Shown here one piece after another: positions 25,828 to 35,084 of a stretch of DNA of 60,290 bases (positions are counted from its first letter, which is position 1; every line of letters begins with the position of its first letter). The notes under the pieces were generated by a model that was given only the letters and a program-made list of their open reading frames with translations, ran no database searches and was not told where the DNA came from. The DNA is from Candidatus Amesbacteria bacterium GW2011_GWC1_47_15 (GTDB lineage Bacteria > Patescibacteriota > Microgenomatia > CAZETR01 > Amesbacteraceae), in assembly GCA_001001375.1 (NCBI GenBank), contig LCNU01000015.1, forward strand, positions 1-60,290, given 5' to 3'. Both the position numbers and the translations under genes were made by a program.

Positions 25828-26489
25828 GTATGTGGGACAGTGTTGCGGACTATTATAAATCCAGCCAGTGGCTGTACAGATTGTTTATATACAACAAAGA
25901 TACATTGGGAATGCACTTTGGTTTTTGGGACGTGCATACAAAAAACAGACAGCAAGCCATATTGAATGAGAATGACGAGATAATCCGCCTGGCTGGAATT
26001 AAAAAAGGTATGGTGGTACTAGATGCCGGGTGCACTCAGGATTTCGGCAAAACCAATTTTGCAAACGATTATTTTGATGTTATTTTCGGTATCGAAAGCC
26101 TATGCTATGCTAGTCCGAAAACAAACATTCTCAAAGAGCTACACAGAATCTTGAAACCGGGAGGTATATTAATAATCGCGGACGGTTATCTAAAGGGAAA
26201 ATCAAACATGAATCTATTTCAAAAGGATATCGAAGACTTTAAGAGCGCATTTGCCTTAAAGGAGTTCGTGACGGGAGGCGAGATGGTCGCCTCATTGAAA
26301 AAAGCGGGGTTTTCAGCAATTCAAAGCAATTCATATCTGAACCGGGTAAAAACTGTATTATATTGGCTGGTGAAGCTGGGGGGTAGTTTTTTCAGGCCGA
26401 TATATGCCAACAGTCTGGCTTTGGAGTTAGCCTGTAAGGGCGCGAGTCAAGGTTTTATGGATTATCTGGTTATCAAGGCGGTTAAATGA
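25824..26489 (+). CDS. class I SAM-dependent methyltransferase with the glycine-loop region missing
   Basis: GMHFGFWD...VVLDAGC is followed directly by TQDFGKTNFANDYFDVIFGIESLCYA...LKPGGILIIAD. The expected GxGG loop and about 45-50 residues are absent at 26033/26034. Confidence 0.8.
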   Translation: MSMWDSVADYYKSSQWLYRLFIYNKDTLGMHFGFWDVHTKNRQQAILNENDEIIRLAGIKKGMVVLDAGCTQDFGKTNFANDYFDVIFGIESLCYASPKTNILKELHRILKPGGILIIADGYLKGKSNMNLFQKDIEDFKSAFALKEFVTGGEMVASLKKAGFSAIQSNSYLNRVKTVLYWLVKLGGSFFRPIYANSLALELACKGASQGFMDYLVIKAVK

Positions 26490-28165
26490 TTCGAGGCAAA
26501 TTCAAACCCGGTGTATCTTTCGGTGACTTTGTAGTGACTGATGTGATGAGCAGGAGAAAACTGCCGGATGACAGTACCCCGCGGGATTTCCGCCGGGGAT
26601 GGATCATTTGGGTATGGGTGGTGGTGCTTTTCGGGATTTTGGGGGTGAAATTGGCCACACTGCAGCTGTTTTATGGCGGCCGGTACAGGATACTGGCAGA
26701 TGAAAACCGGATCAAACAAATAAAAATACCTGCGCTGAGAGGTCAGATTACAGACCGAAATGGCAACGTCCTTGCCAGAAGCGATATATCCGAAAAATAT
26801 GATGAAATACTCAAACTTACTTTAGAAAAATCCACACGAGGTTACCCGGCGGGAGAAGCTGCTGCGGCAGCCGTCGGCTACCTGGGACAAATCAAAGAGG
26901 ATGAAGTGGGGTTATTAAAGGAATTGGATAAATATCTTCCCGGAGACTGGATCGGACGGGACGGAGTGGAGGCGGTGTATGAGGAAGATTTGAGGGGAGA
27001 GGACGGAGGCCGGCTGGTGGAGGTAGATAATGGTGGAAAAGTGGTCAGGGAGATGGGCCGGAAGGAACCGAAAGTCGGGAAGGACTTGAAACTCAGCCTG
27101 GACTTGTCCCTGCAAAGAACGGCACTGGAAGCCATGGAAGGAAAGAAGGGAGCAGTAGTGGCAAGCGATCCCCGGACCGGGGAAATACTGACCCTGATAA
27201 GCTCACCCAGCTTTGATCCAAATTCTTTCGTCAATGCTCAATATCAAGTGTCCAATGCTCAATATCTTATAGATCCGAATTTGCCCCTGTTTAACAGGGC
27301 GATCGGGGCGGTTTACCCACCGGGATCTACGTTTAAGATGGTAACGATGGCGGCAGCCATTTCAGAAGGCAAAGTAAACCCCGGGTTTACCTACACTGAT
27401 ACAGGGATAATCAGCGTAGCCGGTTTTAAATACAGCAATTGGTTGTTTACAAAAGGGGGCGGCCGCGAAGGCACAATCGGTTTTGCCCGGGCGCTTACCC
27501 GTTCTACAGATACGTTTTTTTACAAGATCGGTGAGATGACTACACCTGAATTGCTGGCGAAATGGGCAAAAAACTTGGGGCTGGGAGAAAAGACAGGGAT
27601 AGATTTGCCAGGTGAGGTTGCGGGTCTGATACCGGATCCCGAGTGGAAGGAAAAAGCCAAAGGAGAAAAGTGGTTTTTGGGAAATACATTTCACATGGCA
27701 ATAGGGCAGGGGGATGTGTTGACTACTCCGATACAGATCAACCAGATGACAAATATTCTTGCAACCGGGGGAAAGAAGTGCACACCTCACCTGAAGTATG
27801 ACCAATTGAATAAATGTGGAAATGTTCAAATTTCCGAAGAGGCACTAAAACTCATCAAATTAGGGATGGAAGGGGCTTGCGCACCGGGAGGGACGGCTTT
27901 TCCGCTATTCGGATTTGATGTAAAAACCGCCTGCAAGACGGGGACAGCGGAGTATGTAGCGGAAAACGGCAAGATGCGTACCCACGGCTGGCTGACGGCC
28001 TATGCTCCTCTACAGGATCCGGTGATTTCTATTACCGTGGTAGTAGAAGGAGGAGGCGAAGGTTCAAATGTGGCGGCACCAGTCGTCCGCAAAATGCTTG
28101 CCAGGTATTTTGACGTGACCGATACATACAATTACGCAGCTATTCCGCAGGAAATAGGAGAATAA
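26486..28165 (+). CDS. mrdA: penicillin-binding protein 2 (elongasome transpeptidase)
   Basis: 559-aa ORF with an N-terminal TM helix. It has RGQITDRNGNVLA, the STFK motif (PGSTFKMVT) and the KTGTA motif. Confidence 0.9.
   Translation: MIRGKFKPGVSFGDFVVTDVMSRRKLPDDSTPRDFRRGWIIWVWVVVLFGILGVKLATLQLFYGGRYRILADENRIKQIKIPALRGQITDRNGNVLARSDISEKYDEILKLTLEKSTRGYPAGEAAAAAVGYLGQIKEDEVGLLKELDKYLPGDWIGRDGVEAVYEEDLRGEDGGRLVEVDNGGKVVREMGRKEPKVGKDLKLSLDLSLQRTALEAMEGKKGAVVASDPRTGEILTLISSPSFDPNSFVNAQYQVSNAQYLIDPNLPLFNRAIGAVYPPGSTFKMVTMAAAISEGKVNPGFTYTDTGIISVAGFKYSNWLFTKGGGREGTIGFARALTRSTDTFFYKIGEMTTPELLAKWAKNLGLGEKTGIDLPGEVAGLIPDPEWKEKAKGEKWFLGNTFHMAIGQGDVLTTPIQINQMTNILATGGKKCTPHLKYDQLNKCGNVQISEEALKLIKLGMEGACAPGGTAFPLFGFDVKTACKTGTAEYVAENGKMRTHGWLTAYAPLQDPVISITVVVEGGGEGSNVAAPVVRKMLARYFDVTDTYNYAAIPQEIGE
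27232..27266. repeat. CAATGCTCAATATC repeated 21 nt apart inside mrdA
   Basis: Exact 14-mers at 27232-27245 and 27253-27266, encoding NAQYQVS-NAQYLI. Confidence 0.85.
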
Positions 28166-28177
28166 AAAAAACCGAAA

Positions 28178-28669
28178 CTATAATGATTTGGAAATCAGGA
28201 TTTTCCGGTATGCCAGACCTGAGGAGATCAGGAGGAGGGCAGCCCCGGATATGATGAGGGTATATTCGAATGAGCCGGCGACGGGGGTAGAGGAGGTTTC
28301 CAAAGTCCCGTCCACATCCTCCGGCAGCGGCCCGTTTGTAAGGGTGAAGCTTTTGGAACCGGAGGGAGCGGAAAATGACAGGGTATGGTCACCTGCCGAT
28401 AAAGTCAATGTGTGGCTCCAGCTGCCTTGGGCATCTGCCACAGCGGAATAGGCGGTGCCATCCACAGTAACGGAAACCGTTTCTCCCGGAGCGGCGCTGC
28501 CGGTGACGGTCACATTGCCGGAGTTGTACCAAAGATGGTTAAAGCCCGAAGCCGAGACATCCAGGGTCCCCACGCTTTTGATATAAAATGTCCCCGCGCG
28601 AGCGGACTGGGCGAAAGCGAAACTTAAAAACACGAGAAGTAAAGCGCAGGAAAAAAATCTTCGGAGCAT
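28178..28669 (-). CDS. secreted Ig-like protein with C-terminal hydrophobic anchor and basic tail
   Basis: 163-aa ORF. It has the signal peptide ...AFAQSARA, a beta-rich core and the C-terminus PVAGSFEYTLIISGAALLLISSGLAYRK. Confidence 0.6.
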   Translation of the reverse strand: MLRRFFSCALLLVFLSFAFAQSARAGTFYIKSVGTLDVSASGFNHLWYNSGNVTVTGSAAPGETVSVTVDGTAYSAVADAQGSWSHTLTLSAGDHTLSFSAPSGSKSFTLTNGPLPEDVDGTLETSSTPVAGSFEYTLIISGAALLLISSGLAYRKILISKSL

Positions 28670-28731
28670 GTCTGTTTCTATTACACCGCCCGGCAGGTGT
28701 AAATGTCAAGGCTTGATAACAGGGTGTTACA

Positions 28732-30834
28732 ATGAGATTTATGAATTTGATCGTCGTTGAATCGCCTACCAAGGCCAGAACTCTCTCCCGATTTTTGGAG
28801 GGAGATTTTGCAGTGGAAGCCACTTACGGCCATGTCCAGGATCTGCCTCAGAAGAAGCTGGGAGTAATTATTGAGCAGGAGAGTGGAAGAGCAGGAGAAT
28901 ATAGGTTCGAGTTGCAATATGAGCAGTTGGAGAAACAGCAAAAACGTATGGATGAGATTAAAAAGCTGGCAGGAAAGACCGACAAGATATATCTGGCAAC
29001 GGATCCCGATCGGGAAGGTGAAGCGATAGCTTATCACGTGTCCCAGATATTAAAGAACGGGAAAAAACAACACGAGTTTGTACGCATTGTGTTTCATGAA
29101 ATTACCAAAAAGGCAATTCAGGAAGCCCTGGAGCATCCGCAAAAAGTAGACCGGCAGCTGGTGGAGGCACAGCAGGCCCGCAGAGTCCTGGATAGGCTGG
29201 TCGGGTACAAACTTTCACCACTCTTGTGGCGGAAAGTGCGCAAAGGCTTGTCTGCGGGAAGGGTCCAGAGCGTGGCCGTCCGGCTGGTAGTGGAACGGGA
29301 AAGGGAAATATTGGCTTTTAAACCTGAGGAATACTGGCAGATATTCGCAGAAGTGGAAAAAATGAATATACAAAAATTTCAGGTACAACTTACGGAGAGA
29401 GAAGGCGAGAAAATTAAAGTCGGCAACGGGGTAGAAGCGGAAAAAATTAAGCTCGATTTGGAAAAAGCCGCCTACTGTGTGGCAGGGGTGTCCAAGCGGG
29501 AGTTTAAAAAATCCCCCCCTGCGCCTTTTACAACATCCACGCTGCAGCAGGCAGGGGCAAACAAATTGGGCTGGAGCGCCAAAAGAACTATGCAGGTAGC
29601 CCAGTCCCTGTATGAAGAGGGGCATATTACCTATCACCGGACGGATTCTACAAATCTGGCAGTGGAAGCGGTAGCACAGGCCAGAGATTTCATTGCCGCA
29701 AAATACGGAAAAGAATTCGTACCGGCAACACCCCGGATATACCAGACAAAGAGCAAAGTAGCGCAGGAGGCGCATGAGGCCATACGGCCTACAGAAGTTA
29801 ATGTTCAATATTCAACCCAGCCAACCGGCGGGCAAGCTTCCAATGTCCAATGGGGGAAGGACGAGGGGAGACTGTATGAACTGATCTGGAAAAGGTTTTT
29901 GGCCTGCCAGATGGCGGATACGGCAGGTGAGGAAACTAAAGTGACAGTGAGGGCAACCGGAAGAGACGGTGAATACCAGCTGGAAGTTAAAGGTCAGGTA
30001 GTTAAGTTTGAAGGGTGGAAGAGACTCTACGAGTCAAGCACTAAATCAGAATTACTAAGCTCCAACGGTGAGGAGGACAAGGTGGAGGAGGTAATGTTGC
30101 CGGAATTGACAGAAGGGGAGAAGCTGAACCTGCTTTCCGTGTTGACCGAACAAAAATTTACCCAGCCTCCGGCCAGATTCAACGATGCCTCTCTTATAAA
30201 AGCCCTGGAAGAAAAGGGGATCGGACGGCCCAGCACCTATGCGCCTACTTTGACTACAATCCAGGATCGGCAGTATGTGGAAAAGACGAATATCGGAGAT
30301 TCCCGGCAAAAAAGATTTTCCCCCACAGCGCTGGGAATGGCGGTAAATGATTTTTTGACTGCAAATTTTCCGGAAATTGTGGACTTTGAGTTTACTGCCA
30401 GGATGGAGGATGAGCTGGATAATATCGCTGCCGGGGAAAGACAATGGCAACCTGTACTGTCCGCTTTTTACGGGCCGTTTGAAAAAAACCTCGAAAATGT
30501 GAGCGAGACGGCACAGCGGGTACATATAAAGGCGGATGAGACAGGAAATCCCTGTCCCAAATGCGGCGAAGGGAGGGAGATCGTAAGAATCGGGAAATTC
30601 GGCAGATTTCTAGCCTGCAGCCGCTACCCGGAATGCGACTACAAGAGGAACTATGTCAAAAAAGCCGGGGTGTTGTGCCCGAAATGCGGTGGGGATGTGA
30701 TCATGCGCCGGACGAAAACGGGAAAGAATTTCTTTGGCTGCTCAAATTACCCCAAGTGCGATTTTGCCAGCTGGACCAAACCTAAAGCTGCCGCCACTAC
30801 TGAAGTTACGCAGGCACCGCGCGAAACTACCTAA
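28732..30834 (+). CDS. topA: DNA topoisomerase I
   Basis: 700-aa ORF. The Toprim sequences are VVESPTKA and DPDREGEAIAYH. The active-site region is ITYHRTDS, and there are two C-terminal C4 zinc ribbons. Confidence 0.95.
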   Translation: MRFMNLIVVESPTKARTLSRFLEGDFAVEATYGHVQDLPQKKLGVIIEQESGRAGEYRFELQYEQLEKQQKRMDEIKKLAGKTDKIYLATDPDREGEAIAYHVSQILKNGKKQHEFVRIVFHEITKKAIQEALEHPQKVDRQLVEAQQARRVLDRLVGYKLSPLLWRKVRKGLSAGRVQSVAVRLVVEREREILAFKPEEYWQIFAEVEKMNIQKFQVQLTEREGEKIKVGNGVEAEKIKLDLEKAAYCVAGVSKREFKKSPPAPFTTSTLQQAGANKLGWSAKRTMQVAQSLYEEGHITYHRTDSTNLAVEAVAQARDFIAAKYGKEFVPATPRIYQTKSKVAQEAHEAIRPTEVNVQYSTQPTGGQASNVQWGKDEGRLYELIWKRFLACQMADTAGEETKVTVRATGRDGEYQLEVKGQVVKFEGWKRLYESSTKSELLSSNGEEDKVEEVMLPELTEGEKLNLLSVLTEQKFTQPPARFNDASLIKALEEKGIGRPSTYAPTLTTIQDRQYVEKTNIGDSRQKRFSPTALGMAVNDFLTANFPEIVDFEFTARMEDELDNIAAGERQWQPVLSAFYGPFEKNLENVSETAQRVHIKADETGNPCPKCGEGREIVRIGKFGRFLACSRYPECDYKRNYVKKAGVLCPKCGGDVIMRRTKTGKNFFGCSNYPKCDFASWTKPKAAATTEVTQAPRETT
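29804..29851. repeat. CAAT-heptad element inside topA (TTCAATATTCAA ... CAATGTCCAAT)
   Basis: The 12-mer at 29804-29815 and the 11-mer at 29841-29851 recur contiguously in glyA (37204-37223). The 11-mer also recurs in rseP (43242-43252). Confidence 0.85.
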
Positions 30835-30837
30835 GAA

Positions 30838-31188
30838 TTAATATTCGGGGATGTAACGGGAAGTGTGGTGGAAAAAATATACAGTTTCAGCCAGACCGAT
30901 GGCCAGATATATAATTGGCATAGTCCAGGGAGATTCAGGACTGTTTATCGCGGTTAATGCCTGGCAGGCCAGTCCTATCCGGATAGCGTCGAGCGCAAAA
31001 AGAGTTGTGATTTCCACCTGATTGAAGGGAAGAGGATTATCGGGGGAAAGGTGTTTCTCCCCCCGATTGCAGATACCGGCACCGGTAAAGATAGCAAAGG
31101 GAACGGCGCTTAAAAGGGTATATGCGGGAACGGCACATCCCAGATGAGACAAGAATATTTTTGACCGGGGTGGGGGATTTTCAATCAT
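30838..31188 (-). CDS. hypothetical membrane protein
   Basis: 116-aa hydrophobic ORF. Confidence 0.5.
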   Translation of the reverse strand: MIENPPPRSKIFLSHLGCAVPAYTLLSAVPFAIFTGAGICNRGEKHLSPDNPLPFNQVEITTLFALDAIRIGLACQALTAINSPESPWTMPIIYLAIGLAETVYFFHHTSRYIPEY

Positions 31189-31233
31189 TTTACTCGGGAC
31201 AGGGAGACACTATTATAGTATAAATTCAAAGTA

Positions 31234-31566
31234 ATGCCGGATGACGGGCTGGAATTAACTGAAGATAAGAATCAACTACCCAGTCTCAGGAAACCTATCA
31301 GTAAAATTTTCAGGGACACGGGGTTGCTGATAGGGGTATTGGTGTCGCCAACCGTAATTGGGGTAAATTCCGAGTACCCACCGGTGTTAATGGTAATAGC
31401 CGGAGTAATAGCAGCAGCGTTTTTGAAAGTGGCTATGACTGCCAACGATGATGTTCGATTCAGAAACCAGGCATCCGGAAAGGAAGAAATACCCGGCTCT
31501 GTGGTTATGATCAGACTGGAGCAGATGGCTAAAAAAATAGTGGAATTGAAAAAGACGTCAGATTGA
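31234..31566 (+). CDS. hypothetical membrane protein
   Basis: 110-aa ORF with two TM helices. Confidence 0.5.
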   Translation: MPDDGLELTEDKNQLPSLRKPISKIFRDTGLLIGVLVSPTVIGVNSEYPPVLMVIAGVIAAAFLKVAMTANDDVRFRNQASGKEEIPGSVVMIRLEQMAKKIVELKKTSD

Positions 31567-31588
31567 TCCAATTTGATATAATAAAAGC

Positions 31589-31687
31589 ATGGCTGTACAA
31601 GAAACAACACCGGGTAAAGAATCTAAATGGTGGAAACCCTGGGCTTGGGCTGCTGTAGCGATTTTGGGATTGGCTCTCTTTTTGTAA
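31589..31687 (+). CDS. possible 32-aa single-TM micro-protein
   Basis: I translated it as MAVQETTPGKESKWWKPWAWAAVAILGLALFL*. It is preceded by TGATATAAT (extended -10-like). Weak. Confidence 0.25.
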   Translation: MAVQETTPGKESKWWKPWAWAAVAILGLALFL

Positions 31688-31705
31688 GAGTGATACAATT
31701 GGAAA

Positions 31706-32302
31706 TTGATGAGAAGGGGATTGTTTATTGTCCTATACGGACCTGCTGGTGTGGGGAAGACCCAGCAGCTGGAGATATTGGAAGATACCATGGCGAGAAT
31801 GGGCGTGCATGTGCGGCGGATTAAATACCCGCTCTACCGGTTGGAGCCGACAGGACCGAAGTTGTACGGAATTCTGCATAGGAAGGAGATAGCACCGGAT
31901 GAAGATGAAATGCAAAAAATGTTTGCCCAAAACAGGAATGATTTCGAGCCTACCTTGAGATCATGGCTGGATTCCGGTGTGACCGTACTGGCCGAAGACT
32001 ATAAAGGGACAGGCGTAGCCTGGGGAATGGTAAGGGGACTCCCGCTTGAAAAGATGGAAGAGCTAAACGATGACCAAACCCAGCCGGATCTGGCTATATA
32101 TTTAGACGGACCCCGGCGGATGGAAAGCCCTTTGGAGCCGCACATGTATGAGGATGAAGAGGAATGGTATAAGGTGCGCAAGGTCATGCTGCAGTTGGCG
32201 GACCGCTACGGGTGGATACGGGTGGGGGGAGATGCGCCTATTCTGACCGTGGCAGGGAGAATTTTTGCCGTGGTCAAACCCCTGGTGACGGTGATGAGAT
32301 AG
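31706..32302 (+). CDS. thymidylate-kinase-family P-loop nucleotide kinase
   Basis: 198-aa ORF. It has LFIVLYGPAGVGKTQ (P-loop) and a DxxGxxxW / PDLxxYLD layout like Tmk-type kinases. Substrate not determinable. Confidence 0.7.
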   Translation: MMRRGLFIVLYGPAGVGKTQQLEILEDTMARMGVHVRRIKYPLYRLEPTGPKLYGILHRKEIAPDEDEMQKMFAQNRNDFEPTLRSWLDSGVTVLAEDYKGTGVAWGMVRGLPLEKMEELNDDQTQPDLAIYLDGPRRMESPLEPHMYEDEEEWYKVRKVMLQLADRYGWIRVGGDAPILTVAGRIFAVVKPLVTVMR

Positions 32303-32317
32303 GCAGTCTTCAGGCTT

Positions 32318-32740
32318 CTATTTGTATTGTGAGTAAAACTTCATGATCAAATATGCGGGAATAATACCTAAAGTTTCGGTAACTATATCTGAAGTGTTGA
32401 CGGGTCCGTTTCTGAATGTGGCCTGCAGATACTCGGTTGCGGTGATAAGCCCGATCGCGGCCAATCCCGCGGTATTTAAGATCGTTTTTTCGGAAATCTT
32501 GTCTGAAAGCAGGTTGTCCATGGCCAAGGTAATGCCGAAAAAAGTGATGAATGACTGAATGGCATTAGGGGCGCTGTCGAATGAGGCCAGACTGCATAGA
32601 CTTTCCGGATTTGACTCCAGGCATTTTTTTTCAATAGAATTCCAGGGTACTATACCCCTGACTAGATATTTGCCGAGTATTCCGGATGTATAAAACCTTA
32701 CCAACGAAAAACCAGCTTCTATTGTTTTATTTTTCAGCAC
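32318..32740 (-). CDS. hypothetical membrane protein
   Basis: 140-aa ORF with several hydrophobic helices. Confidence 0.55.
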   Translation of the reverse strand: MLKNKTIEAGFSLVRFYTSGILGKYLVRGIVPWNSIEKKCLESNPESLCSLASFDSAPNAIQSFITFFGITLAMDNLLSDKISEKTILNTAGLAAIGLITATEYLQATFRNGPVNTSDIVTETLGIIPAYLIMKFYSQYK

Positions 32741-32857
32741 ACGCGTAGTATATTATAGGTTTTATTAAAATACAATAATGATAATGAATTATAGGACGTA
32801 AAAGGATATTATTTAAGGATATATGCGAAGGTAGGAGCGGACGATCCGATAGACAGG

Positions 32858-33118
32858 GTGGCAGCAATGCCGAAAAGCGGAAAAAATCTAGATGAAATCT
32901 TAATAAGGGCATATAAAAAGGGTTGGCGGACGATTGCAGGGATAAACTTTGAAGGCGAAGAGCAAATGGTGCGGGTACTGCCTGGATCTGAAGGAATTTA
33001 CAGGCTGGCTGACCAGGGCGGTATACGGATGACTGTGGATGCGGAAAGTCTATTTGGAATGCTTTGGGTGGAAGAAGGGTGGAAAAGATTGATATTTCTG
33101 GTGCCGGAAAAGAAGTAA
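32858..33118 (+). CDS. hypothetical small protein
   Basis: 86-aa ORF, preferred over the overlapping low-complexity minus-strand ORF 32727..33149. Confidence 0.35.
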   Translation: MAAMPKSGKNLDEILIRAYKKGWRTIAGINFEGEEQMVRVLPGSEGIYRLADQGGIRMTVDAESLFGMLWVEEGWKRLIFLVPEKK

Positions 33119-33197
33119 ACGTGAACGGATACCAGGGAACGGGAATCATGGGAATATTAATGTTGCTTTAAGTTGGTTTTTTTGGTAGAAAGTTGGC

Positions 33198-33830
33198 ATG
33201 CCTGCCATCGAACAGGAGATTAGAGTAAACGGTAAACTAATGGTGGCGCATTTTGTACCCGGTTATACGGAAGAGAGAAACCTGCTGTATGACCAAAAGG
33301 TAGTTCCCAAAGAGGAGTTGGCTGGATGGGGTGAGGCATTGAAAAGAAGACACAGGAAAAAAGTCTTTACAACCGGGGCGTATGATGTGATTCATTTGGG
33401 ACACATCCGTTATCTGCAGCTAGCCGCCAGCCTGGGAGACGATTTGATGGTAGGCCTTAATAGCGACTCCTCGGTACGGACATATAAAGGCGAGGGTAGG
33501 CCGGTTCAGGAGGAGACGGAAAGAGCCGAATTATTGTGCGGATTGACTTGTGTAGGATTTATCACAATATTCGACGAATTAACCGGTGCGGAAACGATTA
33601 GGTTGTTCAGACCTGACGTTTACTTGTGTGTGGAAGGAAGTTGGGAAGGGGATTTGGGATCTAAGGAAGAAGTGATTGCAATGGAGGAAGTAGGAGGGGA
33701 AGTGTGGTGCTGCCCCAGGCAAGGGCCGACAATCTCTACAACTGCAATTATCGAAAGGATAGAGAGAAAGTATGGTGAAAGAATCATGGGTGATTTCAAA
33801 CAACTGATTCAAGGTGATAAACATGAATGA
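33198..33830 (+). CDS. cytidylyltransferase-family nucleotidyltransferase (RfaE domain II / TagD-like)
   Basis: FTTGAYDVIHLGHIRYL is the (H/T)xGH nucleotidyltransferase signature. There is an N-terminal ~55-aa extension. Confidence 0.8.
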   Translation: MPAIEQEIRVNGKLMVAHFVPGYTEERNLLYDQKVVPKEELAGWGEALKRRHRKKVFTTGAYDVIHLGHIRYLQLAASLGDDLMVGLNSDSSVRTYKGEGRPVQEETERAELLCGLTCVGFITIFDELTGAETIRLFRPDVYLCVEGSWEGDLGSKEEVIAMEEVGGEVWCCPRQGPTISTTAIIERIERKYGERIMGDFKQLIQGDKHE

Positions 33831-34311
33831 AAAAGACGATTTTTCCACAGATAATCAATTAAATTTGAGATTGAGGGGCGGATATGAAAAATTGGCTGAA
33901 AAAATCCTGAAAAATGGCTGCCCGTTTTGCAATTTGAAGGAAAAATATATTTTGGCCGAAAAGGACGGGCTGGTATTAACTGTAAATATTTTTCCTTATA
34001 TTGACGGGCAACTGATGGTAATACCACGCAGACATATAAAGAGTTTTGAAGAAGTGACGGTAGAAGAGACGGTTACCAATTATTTCCTTTCACAATTAGC
34101 AATAACCTTATTAAGAGAAGAACTGGGAGTAAAGGGGGTGTGGATGCTGCTGCGGGATGGGGGGTTAGGCAGCGAATCAGGCAAGACGGTGGAGCATTTG
34201 CACTGGAATATTCTGCCTTATACAGACAGCCTTAATACCTGGCATCATCAGGAGCTCAGTGTTACTCCGGCGGAGATGGCAGTAAGGCTCAGGAGTAAAA
34301 TAGACAAATGA
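33814..34311 (+). CDS. HIT-superfamily protein with variant triad HLHWN
   Basis: 165-aa ORF. FCNL...IFPYIDGQLMVIPRRH...VEHLHWNILP fits a HIT/GalT-like layout. It overlaps its neighbours, consistent with translational coupling. Confidence 0.7.
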   Translation: MINMNEKDDFSTDNQLNLRLRGGYEKLAEKILKNGCPFCNLKEKYILAEKDGLVLTVNIFPYIDGQLMVIPRRHIKSFEEVTVEETVTNYFLSQLAITLLREELGVKGVWMLLRDGGLGSESGKTVEHLHWNILPYTDSLNTWHHQELSVTPAEMAVRLRSKIDK

Positions 34312-35084
34312 AAAATCAGGAATATCTGGTAATAGACGAGTCGGAGATATCGTGCAAGAATCTGCCCCGGATAGCGGAGGCGGTGGCCCAGGCCAGGCTG
34401 GGAATGGTGCTGGTAATGCCGGTATGGCAATTGCGGGAGGGTCTTCGGGGCTTTGCCAAAGCCCAAATAATTCGGGCGATTCATCCGGAAATTGTCCAAA
34501 CCTTGGGAATGGGTGAACAGCAATTGCAGGCATTGATCCGGAGGGAATCAGGAGTGTTCCGAATGGGACCACTGCACAAAACAAACGAAAGGTGTTTTGG
34601 AGTCGGGATTTCTAAACATAATCCGGAAATACAAGAAACGGATTTACCCCAAGATCGTAGATGGATGAAAAAAGCAAAAGAGTTGATCGATAAAAGCAAC
34701 TGCTGGTACTTTCCGACTGCATGCGTATTCGTGAGAAACGGGCGGGTGGCATGTGAAGGAGTGTCTACCTCTTACAATCACTCGGAATGTAAAAAAATCC
34801 CCATGTCGTTTACGGACCTTAAGCTTAACGATGGCGAACGATTGATATTTTGTGATTCCCAGCATGCAGAACAGCAGGGGGTTTCGGCCGCAGCCGCCAG
34901 GGGAGTTAGCCTGGAAGGGACGACAATGTACCTGCAGAAATTTCCCTGCCGGCCCTGCATGCAAGCTTTAATAGGTGCAGGGGTAAAGCGAATGGTTTAT
35001 GAGATCGGGTCGTACGGTTTGCCGGACTTGCCGCTACTGCTGAAAAACGGGATTGAGGTACAGAAATTGACACGGCAAGTTTAA
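34308..35084 (+). CDS. deoxycytidylate (CMP/dCMP) deaminase-family zinc enzyme with ~120-aa N-terminal extension
   Basis: The C-terminal half has CDSQHAEQQ (H-A-E) and PCRPCMQAL (PCxxC). The N-terminal 120 aa have no recognisable motif. Confidence 0.8.
   Translation: MKNQEYLVIDESEISCKNLPRIAEAVAQARLGMVLVMPVWQLREGLRGFAKAQIIRAIHPEIVQTLGMGEQQLQALIRRESGVFRMGPLHKTNERCFGVGISKHNPEIQETDLPQDRRWMKKAKELIDKSNCWYFPTACVFVRNGRVACEGVSTSYNHSECKKIPMSFTDLKLNDGERLIFCDSQHAEQQGVSAAAARGVSLEGTTMYLQKFPCRPCMQALIGAGVKRMVYEIGSYGLPDLPLLLKNGIEVQKLTRQV

Noticed and set aside
32727-33149. 140-aa minus-strand ORF.
   Set aside because: It is a Pro/Leu/Ser/Phe-rich low-complexity product. The overlapping plus-strand 86-aa ORF has more protein-like composition, though both are weak.
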